IMG/VR virus record: IMGVR_UViG_3300028569_002801
Location: 50,716 to 114,715 of that record
Length of the DNA stretch: 64,000 nt
Reading direction: 5' to 3' (one strand)
Source: a virus
In this document: piece after piece, positions 39,901 to 47,865 of the stretch
Numbering within the stretch: position 1 is the first letter of the stretch
Layout of the letters: every line of letters begins with the position of its first letter
Position numbers and translations under genes: made by a program
The notes under the pieces: generated by a model
Seen by the model: the letters and a program-made list of their open reading frames with translations, nothing else
Databases searched by the model: none
Told to the model about the DNA's origin: nothing

Positions 39901-42900
39901 TTAACTAAATCATATAAATCGTATTTAGTACATCCAGCAAAAAATGAATCTAAAACTTTTGTTATTTCAGATTCAGGTGTTAAATTTTCTAACTCTCTAT
40001 CTAAAATAACATTCATAATAGATGGGTGATCCACAATAATTTTCCAACTTACATTACCTTTTCTTGTTGTATTACTATACGTATATATTGGTTCAGGTCT
40101 TCCTAAGAACGTATTATCCGTCCAATTAGTATTAATTGATTCGTCAAAATTTAAATCGTATGGTGGGAACCACATAATTCTACCTCCATTTGGTCCCTTT
40201 TCACAATCAGGTAAATCTTCATACGTATATCCAGGTCTATTTGATGTTCTCCAAGACAAATTTTCTAATGAGAACATATATTTTTTCACCTTTCCTCCTT
40301 GAATATTTGTCGATTCGGTTCCTTTCCAAGGAGCAATATTTAAATTAAATGTGTTATCCAACACTGAATTTGTAAATTTACGACCCGACGTTGTTATACC
40401 ATCGGTTTTTTGTAACTCATCATGTGAATAGTATGGACGATCTTTAGTGAATACCCTACAATACTCATATCCCTTTGCCGTTGCGGTTCTATCCTCTTTA
40501 GGTAACGATGTTTTTGTTGTGTATCTCACAACTCTTGACCCCTTAGTTAACTCAATATACCCATCATTAAAAACTTTAGACACTTGGTTTATTGCATTAC
40601 CTACGTGTTGGAGTTTGTTTGCTGATCTATTTCCAGCATCTATTAATTTTTGTGTAACATCTAATATTGAATTTTCCGTAAATTCATAATTAGTGGACTT
40701 TGTTGGTTCATATACTGAACTAATGTTTGAAAAATTATATTTACTATTATCTTTAAACGCTTCTCCTCCAGGACCAGCAAAATCTCCAGGTAATATATAA
40801 TTTTTACTCCCTCTACCTGCTTTAGAAATCCAAGTAAATCCTGCTTGTACACCATTTAATCCGTCAAAATATGGACGACTATTTAATCCACTATATATTT
40901 CACTTATTTTTGTCCCCTCATATTCCTCACCAACTTTACCATATGAAAATACCGCACTTCTGTCTGTTGCAATACCTTTAATTTTACTTTCAGGTAATTC
41001 ACCATCGGGTGAAACAATCTCAGTAATTGAAGATTTTCTATTTCCTATATAATATTTTCCTTGTGGTGCTAAAAGGTTATTACCAATTTTATAATCAGGT
41101 CTAAAATTATTTAATCTTAACTGATCATATAATAAATCCCTTGTGGCAACAGATGTGAACTCGACGAATAATTCTGATGCCGATTGGTTTTTAGGTTGTA
41201 ACATTCTAAATACCCCACCAATTGCACCCCCAATTGCCGATAATGGGTTATTGAATATAGCAGAACCTTTCTTATCTGGATAATCAAAATATTCTCCAGG
41301 TATGTAAGAATACGGAGAGTACGTCCCCGCTAATTTTGCCGCAAAGTTTATCGCTTGTCCTAAAAATAAAACAGGGTTAGTGATTGAGTAATTTCTAGAT
41401 ATTATAGGTATTTGTCCTGATAATATACCAAGAGCGTTAAACGGATCTAAGTTTGGTTCTGCAGATATTTGTCCCGTATCAGGGTTAACTTGAGAATTTA
41501 ATAAATTTACCCTACCAAGTGTTTGTTGTAGTAACTCTAACGCTACTCTATGTTTAAATTCTTTTTGTAGTTGTTTTGCTGCAAGATTTGCAAGTGCCGA
41601 ATCTTGTGATAAATTACCATCTGAACCACTTGGATCATTACTTATTAGTATACTTGCAGGACTATATGTAGAAGGTAGAAATATAAACGTATTATCAGAA
41701 TTTGCATATGGTAATCCCGTATTTGGTATTTCTAAATCGTCTATTGTTAATATTGGGTATTTACCGTTACCTGTGACATATTTGTTTATTATATATGCGT
41801 CATTTGCTTCAACATCACCAACATTTTCTAATTCACTATCAATAGTATCAGGAAACCCATACTCACCTTCATTAGTTTTTACTTGGTAATTTTGATTAAT
41901 AATAACAGAATCTTTATCTATAATCTGAGGTCCGTACTGATTTGTTGCAATAAGTATCGGTCTATCAAGTTTACCCTCTTGATATAAATCACTATTTATT
42001 GTGTCTCCGTAGTTATAGTTACCTCTTGGTTGGATTGGTTTTGGTATAAACGCAAACGGTGAAACTTCCGTCTCACTTTGCCCTCCTTCAGGTCTATATA
42101 TGTTTTTAACTATTAAAGTTATTTTAGTCTCCCCCCCAATAGTTTCTAAATCACTACCAAACGTATCCCAAAAATTATAATTACCTTCATTAGAACCTAA
42201 TGTTAAAACATTATTTATATCGTAACGACTATTACCATATTGCGTACTATTCTCAGGTGAATATTTGTTTTTAACTATTAGTACTGTCTCTTGAACATTA
42301 CCTATTTGGTATAGGTAACTGTTAAATGTGTCGTCTATTGTGTATAATCCACTACCTGTCGTTAATATAGATTGGTTATCATTAATATACCAAACGGTAT
42401 TTCCGTAATCTTGTGATGTTGATGGTTTATAAACATTTTTAAGTTTATGAAACACTTCTTGAGTATTCCCTATTTGGTATAGATAACTGTTAAACGTGTC
42501 GTCAATGGTGTATATTCCAGAACCTGTACTTAATATAGTTTGATCATTATTAATTGAGTAAACAGTATTACCATAGTCATCAGGACTTGTCGGTTTATAT
42601 AGGTTTTTTACTTTATGAAAAATTTCTTGATTATTTCCAATTTGGTAAAGGTAACTATTAAGGGTGTCTTGAATGGTATATTCACCATCGCCCATAGTTA
42701 AAATATTTTGATCGTTATTAATGTACCAAACAGTATTACCAAAATCACCTAAACCAAATGGTTTATATACGTTTCTAACTTTGTGTACAACTTCTTGATT
42801 GTCACCTATTGTCTCTAATTTACTACCTATAGTTAGTGGATAACCGTAATTACCTAAATTAGTATTACCAAGTAATGTGGTGTTAATGGTTACGGTGTTA

Positions 42901-43307
42901 CCGTAATTTGTACCTAAACCAATCGGTCCGTATAAATTTTTAACAAACAGTAATGTTTCTTGGTTATCACCTATAGTTTCTAAATTACTCCCCACACTAT
43001 CAGGATATCCGTATTCTCCCTCATTGGATTTGGTTCCTAAATTTAAATTTATTTGTACCACATCACCATAGTAGGTTTTGTTTTCAGGCGTGTATTGGTT
43101 TTTAGTATGAAGAATTTTTTCTTGAACATCACCAACAACTTCAATTTTTGGTGAATCTATGATGGCGTAATCTAAAATTAGAAAATCATTTGTTGCAGGA
43201 ACATCTCCAGTTGAAAACACATTTTCTACTTTATATGGTGGTAAATTTCTTAAAAGTAATTTTTTTCTAAAATTCTCACTTGAATTAAACGATAACGGAC
43301 TTTCCAT
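36933..43307 (-). CDS. giant tail-tube initiator (gp48/gp54/Afp7-like) with N-terminal 56-aa repeats and an inserted OmpA-like domain
   Basis: FPPYDLNFDESINTNWTDNTFLGRPEPIYTY and PPICVLRIGDFF...IDSLSIKY...PMIADISVSF are tube-initiator motifs. SASA...YNLDLSKRRIDSV...GE...RRVRI is OmpA-C-like. Located between tape measure and LysM genes. Confidence 0.7.
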   Translation of the reverse strand: MESPLSFNSSENFRKKLLLRNLPPYKVENVFSTGDVPATNDFLILDYAIIDSPKIEVVGDVQEKILHTKNQYTPENKTYYGDVVQINLNLGTKSNEGEYGYPDSVGSNLETIGDNQETLLFVKNLYGPIGLGTNYGNTVTINTTLLGNTNLGNYGYPLTIGSKLETIGDNQEVVHKVRNVYKPFGLGDFGNTVWYINNDQNILTMGDGEYTIQDTLNSYLYQIGNNQEIFHKVKNLYKPTSPDDYGNTVYSINNDQTILSTGSGIYTIDDTFNSYLYQIGNTQEVFHKLKNVYKPSTSQDYGNTVWYINDNQSILTTGSGLYTIDDTFNSYLYQIGNVQETVLIVKNKYSPENSTQYGNSRYDINNVLTLGSNEGNYNFWDTFGSDLETIGGETKITLIVKNIYRPEGGQSETEVSPFAFIPKPIQPRGNYNYGDTINSDLYQEGKLDRPILIATNQYGPQIIDKDSVIINQNYQVKTNEGEYGFPDTIDSELENVGDVEANDAYIINKYVTGNGKYPILTIDDLEIPNTGLPYANSDNTFIFLPSTYSPASILISNDPSGSDGNLSQDSALANLAAKQLQKEFKHRVALELLQQTLGRVNLLNSQVNPDTGQISAEPNLDPFNALGILSGQIPIISRNYSITNPVLFLGQAINFAAKLAGTYSPYSYIPGEYFDYPDKKGSAIFNNPLSAIGGAIGGVFRMLQPKNQSASELFVEFTSVATRDLLYDQLRLNNFRPDYKIGNNLLAPQGKYYIGNRKSSITEIVSPDGELPESKIKGIATDRSAVFSYGKVGEEYEGTKISEIYSGLNSRPYFDGLNGVQAGFTWISKAGRGSKNYILPGDFAGPGGEAFKDNSKYNFSNISSVYEPTKSTNYEFTENSILDVTQKLIDAGNRSANKLQHVGNAINQVSKVFNDGYIELTKGSRVVRYTTKTSLPKEDRTATAKGYEYCRVFTKDRPYYSHDELQKTDGITTSGRKFTNSVLDNTFNLNIAPWKGTESTNIQGGKVKKYMFSLENLSWRTSNRPGYTYEDLPDCEKGPNGGRIMWFPPYDLNFDESINTNWTDNTFLGRPEPIYTYSNTTRKGNVSWKIIVDHPSIMNVILDRELENLTPESEITKVLDSFFAGCTKYDLYDLVKKFPMFTPNDVFQVMEEIIYPEDIITVTEMLPNETVENLVDEDVIPNPTPTPIPNPTPTPTVSTIDVFTEPPEPEVLKFTEPLFFFHNDFPRMKSSTEPTKAGKSYDQTLIAYKNLKPLYDTGGSDGIRNFGAARKKIIKYGDATYVDYVNTIINGAIELQEKYLGDYIETRIDSINEFFGYIDAEFEEVKAFLTQVCIALKQGGKISFTLKSSASAVTNTGYNLDLSKRRIDSVLQFISNFEYDGVKLKNEIGKNLTITQTPEGETTNIIDPKYKYIDCSRDYKSDSNEGTVSVNAMACRRVRILDVKHEAPPQVDVEQPPSTQTNDNPPNEEVFTEPEENPGNGSTTTSGIPSNDPAGYTTTRQKQDPIVKRTTQPRQDLTKRLARKLLTECNYFELVKQRDPMIYDGLKSKLKHFHPVFHSITPEGLNARLTFLQQCMRPGDTIPTVSKDGENTKLIYNDVTNSVFGAPPICVLRIGDFFHTKIAIDSLSIKYEDAKFDLNPEGIGVQPMIADISVSFNFIGGHGLAAPIAKLQNALSFNYYANTEIYDERADSTEDATSQYDAEILADIKDQLGIKDDPVKQRTNDAGDTIGAIKTNSYDLNTQKAYGTISYQDIMKTLADQTKSYADTTITNLEKINENYLLGGLLMSTKDRKFTDGLFDYLTGNTTNTANIYGKSESIQNKIELLVKEAKNDVDDGTCPLLPEVQYQNFADSDIRKIKRQIKKLIDDRGSVLLALLENCNTTIANEELKLISTIDKLNFVTSANDGYIAKNGSVVMYSLSGGTGVDPASVGVTDTYSELVQDFLKIRSDLNEYYNKLYETKIIASGDTDSFNDTFVFNTYIADDPSYTTPPENRFFMLFGKDIALDAEGFSNDVVDNGLKNEDTQTKDNWKAYFGVTFYTKDTGLVDSYNKSKTNVDNRFKSFNDNFYKNKYNTYNPYNKEKTRILNYETQNPINPPNDTNLKEVWSDQNSQWNKFNLKKTFN
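41790..43103 (-). repeat. about 8 tandem ~56-aa (168-nt) coding repeats
   Basis: Consensus KNxYxP...YGNTVxxINxxxxxxxxxGxYxxxDTxxSxLxxIGxxQE. Copies 3-5 are highly similar at DNA level. Confidence 0.85.
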
Positions 43308-43345
43308 TCACTCTATTTTATTTATAAATAGATAAATTTTTATTT

Positions 43346-45163
43346 TTATGCAATTACACCCTGTTGTTTTTTGTACGATTCTAACTTATATAACACTGTA
43401 TCCATTATTTGTTTTTGTACTTTAGGGTCTTCAAATATTTTTGAAATGTTTCCTCCATCTCCATTTACGCTACCCCCAACATTTATATTTATATCTAATT
43501 TCCCTGATCCACCACCAACTTGATTTAAATAATTTCCTAAATTAGTCCCGACAGCAATTTGATCATCAGGTAATGTTTTATACATTTCACCTCTACCTTT
43601 AATAATTGCTGCACCTGAAGATGGTAAAAAACCATCAGACATAGGCTTACCTTCTTCTATTTCTTTTTTCTTTTTTTCCAGATCCACTCTTCTGTTTTCC
43701 GTTTCCATTGGTGTCTTCGTTCTATCCGCTCCAACAATTTCGTTAATTTTAGATGCCCCTGTTGCTGCCGCTTGGTTAAGACCATCAAGTCCTCGCACAG
43801 TTGTTGGTGCTGCCATATCGGCAGCATCTTTAAATGTGTTACCTAAACCCTCGTTGGTTGTTTTTATATCTTTAAGGAATTTATCTCTATCAGGAATATT
43901 TTTTATAACCGCCTCTTTAATAATATTAACATCTTTTGCTTGATTTTCGGTTATTGTCATTTGAGCGACGGCTAAATCTTTTTCTGATAACGCAGCCTTG
44001 TCTTGATAAACTTTTAATGCTTTTTGTGTGTCCGCATTTTGAAGTTGTGCCGCTTCTATTTTTTTAAATCCCGGTATATCTATTGAGACTTTTCCGTCTT
44101 TACCTATCTCAGCCAATCCCGCAACTAATGATTGTGTATCTTCAGACATTGATCCTAAATCAAATTTATCTTTTAGATAATCCATTTTTGATGCTTCTTT
44201 TCCTGCTTCAAGTAATTCATCAAAATTTTGACCCGTTATTCTAGCTTGTTCTCTTAATCTATATAAATCTTCTGTTGACGCTTCAAACCCACCCGTCGCT
44301 TTATTAAATGTAAATGCCGCCTTTGTTGAGTTTATAAGTTCTTTTTGTAATCCAGCCATGTCACTTTGTGCCATGTGCATTAGTTGAAATGGGTCAGCTA
44401 ACTTTCCAACCGCACCACCTAACATTTGCATACTTGCTGCCGCCTCAATAGCCTTTTCTGGATCCAATAGATTACTAGCGAATCCTTTAGCCCCTATTTT
44501 ATCTACGGTAGTTCTTAACAACATGGCTTGTTTAACCATATTTTTCATACCATCAATACCCGTTTTAAATCCAAAACCACTAACCGCCTTTACGTTTGTT
44601 CCGATTTCTTTAAGATAGGATTTAGCACTTAACCCCGCCTGTCTTGCTTCTACCGATAAATCATGTATTTTTTTTGTTGCTTCCTCCTGTGTACCACCAA
44701 ACCTTGTCATATCGGTTATTAACATAGCGATTTCTTTTGTGGACTCTCCCGTTGCTTTAGACAACTCCACAATATTTTGTAAAACTTGGGTACTTGGATT
44801 TACTATTCTTCCCATACCTTCCGATAATCCCTCAACAGCAGTTGTAACATCTTTAAAAGATGAACCAATATCCATAGTAGCGGTATACGCTAAATACATT
44901 TTTTCTCTGAACTTATCAGTACCCATAGCAACACCACCCATTGATCTCTGTAACGATAACGCCTGATCGTTCATAGAAATAAGTTCTTTATTTGCGTTTT
45001 CTAAAATGGTTTTCCAACTTGTACTTACAACAAAGTTAGTTAAAGCCTTTTTTAAGTCTTCTATTTGTTCAATAGTTCCTTGGGTATTCGCGTATTGACT
45101 AGTACCGCCGTCTCCGGCGGTACTTGCAACATTAGAATCAGAAGATACGGAATATAGAAACAT
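43346..45163 (-). CDS. tape measure protein
   Basis: Helical Ala/Gly/Lys/Met-rich 605 aa, positioned after the tube and chaperone genes and before the tube initiator. Confidence 0.7.
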   Translation of the reverse strand: MFLYSVSSDSNVASTAGDGGTSQYANTQGTIEQIEDLKKALTNFVVSTSWKTILENANKELISMNDQALSLQRSMGGVAMGTDKFREKMYLAYTATMDIGSSFKDVTTAVEGLSEGMGRIVNPSTQVLQNIVELSKATGESTKEIAMLITDMTRFGGTQEEATKKIHDLSVEARQAGLSAKSYLKEIGTNVKAVSGFGFKTGIDGMKNMVKQAMLLRTTVDKIGAKGFASNLLDPEKAIEAAASMQMLGGAVGKLADPFQLMHMAQSDMAGLQKELINSTKAAFTFNKATGGFEASTEDLYRLREQARITGQNFDELLEAGKEASKMDYLKDKFDLGSMSEDTQSLVAGLAEIGKDGKVSIDIPGFKKIEAAQLQNADTQKALKVYQDKAALSEKDLAVAQMTITENQAKDVNIIKEAVIKNIPDRDKFLKDIKTTNEGLGNTFKDAADMAAPTTVRGLDGLNQAAATGASKINEIVGADRTKTPMETENRRVDLEKKKKEIEEGKPMSDGFLPSSGAAIIKGRGEMYKTLPDDQIAVGTNLGNYLNQVGGGSGKLDININVGGSVNGDGGNISKIFEDPKVQKQIMDTVLYKLESYKKQQGVIA

Positions 45164-45200
45164 AATTTTTTATTTTTTATATAAATAGGTGGTTATAATG

Positions 45201-45350
45201 TTATTTATTATAACTTTCAATCAATTTATCTATAAAGTACCTTCTTTCAAATGAAGGCATTTTCATAACGTCACTATAAGAAAAATGACATTTACTTACT
45301 AAATAAAAAATTTCATCTAATAACGATTGTTTATATTGAGAAGAAAGGAC
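45201..45350 (-). CDS. tail chaperone C-terminal extension (gp51/gpT-like), probably reached by frameshift
   Basis: LLDEIFYLVSKCHFSYSDVMKMPSFERRYFIDKL resembles gp51/gpT-type segments. Overlaps the upstream gene in the +1 frame. Confidence 0.6.
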   Translation of the reverse strand, partial: VLSSQYKQSLLDEIFYLVSKCHFSYSDVMKMPSFERRYFIDKLIESYNK

Positions 45351-46089
45351 GAAAAAACTCAACCCCAAAAGCGATGTCAACATCAACTCTTTCTCCAGAC
45401 GGGGCTATAATAGTTCTTTTAAGATTTATCGATGGCTCAGCTTCGTTTAATAATTTTTTTAGATTTTTAGAGTCTGAAATTGGCATTTGATTAACAAATG
45501 TGGCAATCTTCATTCTATCGGGGTCACCGTTTAATTCAACAATATGTTTTTCTAATCTTTTTGTTATAATTGGAGCAATCATGCCTTGTGGGTACGAGTC
45601 TTTTAATTTATCAATTTCATTAGTATCACCTAAAGTTAACAATTTACATTTAACTGAAGATTTAGACGATGGTAAAATAAATTCAAATAATCCATTTTCA
45701 TTAGGTTTATGAATAGTGTCTGTAAAATTTATTTCATCTAATTTTAGTGAGTACTCAAATTTTCTATTAGTTTGTGGATCGATTGATGATACTATATATT
45801 CAGGACCAAAAGATGTGTTTCTTAAAAATAACAAGACTGCCTTTGCGTCTGCATCTAATAATTGATTTACATCAAATCCAGGTTCGTAGATTTTGTTTTT
45901 TAATAGTGTAGTAATTAATCCGTCTATTGGGATATTTTGTGACATTAAAATGTTCTCATCATAGGCAGTTAAATATCCAACCTTTAATGATTCTTTTTTT
46001 GGTTTATAAAATACCCCTTTTGACGGTAACTTAACAACGTCGTGTGGTAAGTTAAAATCTTGTTGTCCATAAATTGCTGATTGATCCAT
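45331..46089 (-). CDS. tail/baseplate assembly chaperone (T4 gp26-like)
   Basis: VKLPSKGVFY...LTAYDENIL...LLFLRNTSFG; located between tube and tape measure genes. Confidence 0.75.
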   Translation of the reverse strand: MDQSAIYGQQDFNLPHDVVKLPSKGVFYKPKKESLKVGYLTAYDENILMSQNIPIDGLITTLLKNKIYEPGFDVNQLLDADAKAVLLFLRNTSFGPEYIVSSIDPQTNRKFEYSLKLDEINFTDTIHKPNENGLFEFILPSSKSSVKCKLLTLGDTNEIDKLKDSYPQGMIAPIITKRLEKHIVELNGDPDRMKIATFVNQMPISDSKNLKKLLNEAEPSINLKRTIIAPSGERVDVDIAFGVEFFRPFFSI

Positions 46090-46134
46090 AATAATTTTTT
46101 ATTAAAAAATAAATGATTAATGGTGTATGTAAAC

Positions 46135-46162
46135 AAAAAAACCCCACTTTGTTAGTGAGGTT
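46135..46162 (-). terminator. intrinsic terminator after tail tube gene
   Basis: Stem aaccccact/agtgaggtt (G-U pair on - strand) with an A-run (U-tract on - strand). Confidence 0.7.
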
Positions 46163-46186
46163 CTTAAAATTATTTTTATAATTGTA

Positions 46187-46675
46187 TTAATATACTAAAA
46201 TACATCTATCAGGTCTCATTGTTGCTTTAACAGTGATTAATCCGTCTTCACTATATCCTAATGAATCAAAATCGACACTAGTTAAGAATACTCCTTGAAG
46301 AATCCACTTTTCAACAGCTACTCCCGTTGGGTCTAACATCTCTAAGTCAACGTCTTTTTTGTATCCCGCAGCATACCCCATACGTCCTGTTACAGACTCT
46401 GCATGTAGACGAACCCACTCCATTAACGCTTGTGACGCTGAAGGTCCAATAGGGTCACGGAAAGTAACATCCATGGACTCCCAATTAAATCGTCCTGCAA
46501 CATATGTAGAAGTGTTTAAGAATGGTATCTCAACATCTTTAATTGTAACTTTAGGTCTTGTAGTTGACTCAACATACCAAGAGTTAATCCCCAAAGAAGA
46601 AGGGAATGTCAATATAAACCTATTTTTTCTTTTAGGTTCGTATTGAAAGGGCATTTTCATTAATAAATCAGCCAT
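46187..46675 (-). CDS. tail tube protein (T4 gp19-like)
   Basis: EPKRKNRF, YVAGRFNWESMDVTFRD, YKKDVDLEMLDPTG...EKWILQG. Confidence 0.9.
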   Translation of the reverse strand: MADLLMKMPFQYEPKRKNRFILTFPSSLGINSWYVESTTRPKVTIKDVEIPFLNTSTYVAGRFNWESMDVTFRDPIGPSASQALMEWVRLHAESVTGRMGYAAGYKKDVDLEMLDPTGVAVEKWILQGVFLTSVDFDSLGYSEDGLITVKATMRPDRCILVY

Positions 46676-46788
46676 GTCTTATTTTTTAATTTGTTTTTAT
46701 TTATTTAATAAATATCTGTTCGTTTATTTTTTTTCTATTTACTTTTTTTTGGTTTAAAATTATCCTTATACTAGACCGGACTTAATTA

Positions 46789-47664
46789 TTAAACTTCTTT
46801 TTTTACTCCTCCTTTAGTTAAATACATTCTTACTGGTTTTTCTTTATATTCTTTTTCTATAAAATCTTTCATTTTATCAATATTTCTAGGATCATCATCT
46901 GAAAATCCAATAAAAGGGATAATTTCGTCATTTATAATGTCATTTTTAAAGAAACTTTTTTTACCTATCTCTTGAGCCATCTGTTTACAATATGAAATAA
47001 ATTTTCTCATTGCAACAATTTTTCCTTCTTCAGGATTAGCCGCAGTACCCTCACCGAAGGTTACAGGTTCAAACTTACATAAATCTAAATACTCAGTAAT
47101 AATAGTCTTATCGTCGAAGTTTATATTATAAGACTCATCTATTGGGTTTTCTGCCCAATTCCTATATTGTTTTAACGATTCAACAACTCTTTTACTATCA
47201 ATACCATTATGATTAGAAAGAATGTAATTTAATGTTGCCTCTTTTAATGTTTCAGGATTATGTCCTCTTGCAGTAATAATTGCAAAAATAGAACCACCAT
47301 TAAGACACTCTACAAAATCATTCCATGAAGGTCCAGGACTTGCTGACATGGTATCAATAATGAATCTCTTATCTCCTTTAACTCCGAAGTTTCTAAATGG
47401 GTCAGGAGCATAATCAATTACAGTTGTTCCCTTATATGAAAATGGTTCTTTTCCTATTTGGTGTCTATGTTCAGCAAAATCTTCAGTGGACATACCAACC
47501 GCCTCGTTATTTTTTGTCATCACAATAATATGTGTTGGCATAAAAACAATATTATCATCCCAATCAAAAGCATAGTATTTACAATCAGGAGTCCCTTCTA
47601 ATGTGACACCCTCATTTAAATTTTTACGTTTTAGGTAATTAAATACATGTCTTTTAACATCCAT
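46789..47664 (-). CDS. HAD-superfamily phosphatase-like protein
   Basis: Motif I AFDWDDNI, motif II IITARGH, motif III K, motif IV GFSDDD. Confidence 0.7.
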   Translation of the reverse strand: MDVKRHVFNYLKRKNLNEGVTLEGTPDCKYYAFDWDDNIVFMPTHIIVMTKNNEAVGMSTEDFAEHRHQIGKEPFSYKGTTVIDYAPDPFRNFGVKGDKRFIIDTMSASPGPSWNDFVECLNGGSIFAIITARGHNPETLKEATLNYILSNHNGIDSKRVVESLKQYRNWAENPIDESYNINFDDKTIITEYLDLCKFEPVTFGEGTAANPEEGKIVAMRKFISYCKQMAQEIGKKSFFKNDIINDEIIPFIGFSDDDPRNIDKMKDFIEKEYKEKPVRMYLTKGGVKKEV

Positions 47665-47801
47665 TACTTTTGAAGTTTTAATAATAATTTTTCTAATTGA
47701 GATTCAGTTAGAATGATGTTTTGTTTTTTTTGAGAAAACGTTTTAGGGCTCACTTGTTTATCACCTAAAGATTCCTTAATTAATTTTTTTTCAATTTTCA
47801 T
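47664..47801 (-). CDS. 45-aa small protein (not in ORF track)
   Basis: MKIEKKLIKESLGDKQVSPKTFSQKKQNIILTESQLEKLLLKLQK*; stop overlaps the next ATG (TAATG). Confidence 0.7.
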   Translation of the reverse strand: MKIEKKLIKESLGDKQVSPKTFSQKKQNIILTESQLEKLLLKLQK

Positions 47802-47826
47802 ATCTTTTTTATTATAATATATATAT

Positions 47827-47852
47827 ATGGGGGAATATTTCTAAACCCCCAT
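47827..47852. terminator. GC-rich hairpin downstream of the sheath gene
   Basis: atggggg...cccccat. The U-tract is on + rather than - strand, so the role is uncertain. Confidence 0.45.
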
Positions 47853-47865
47853 TTTATTTTTTTAT

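Noticed and set aside
41790-43103. Possible CRISPR array or DGR template/variable repeat pair
   Set aside because: The repeats are in-frame protein repeats without unique spacers; no reverse transcriptase or cas gene in the window.
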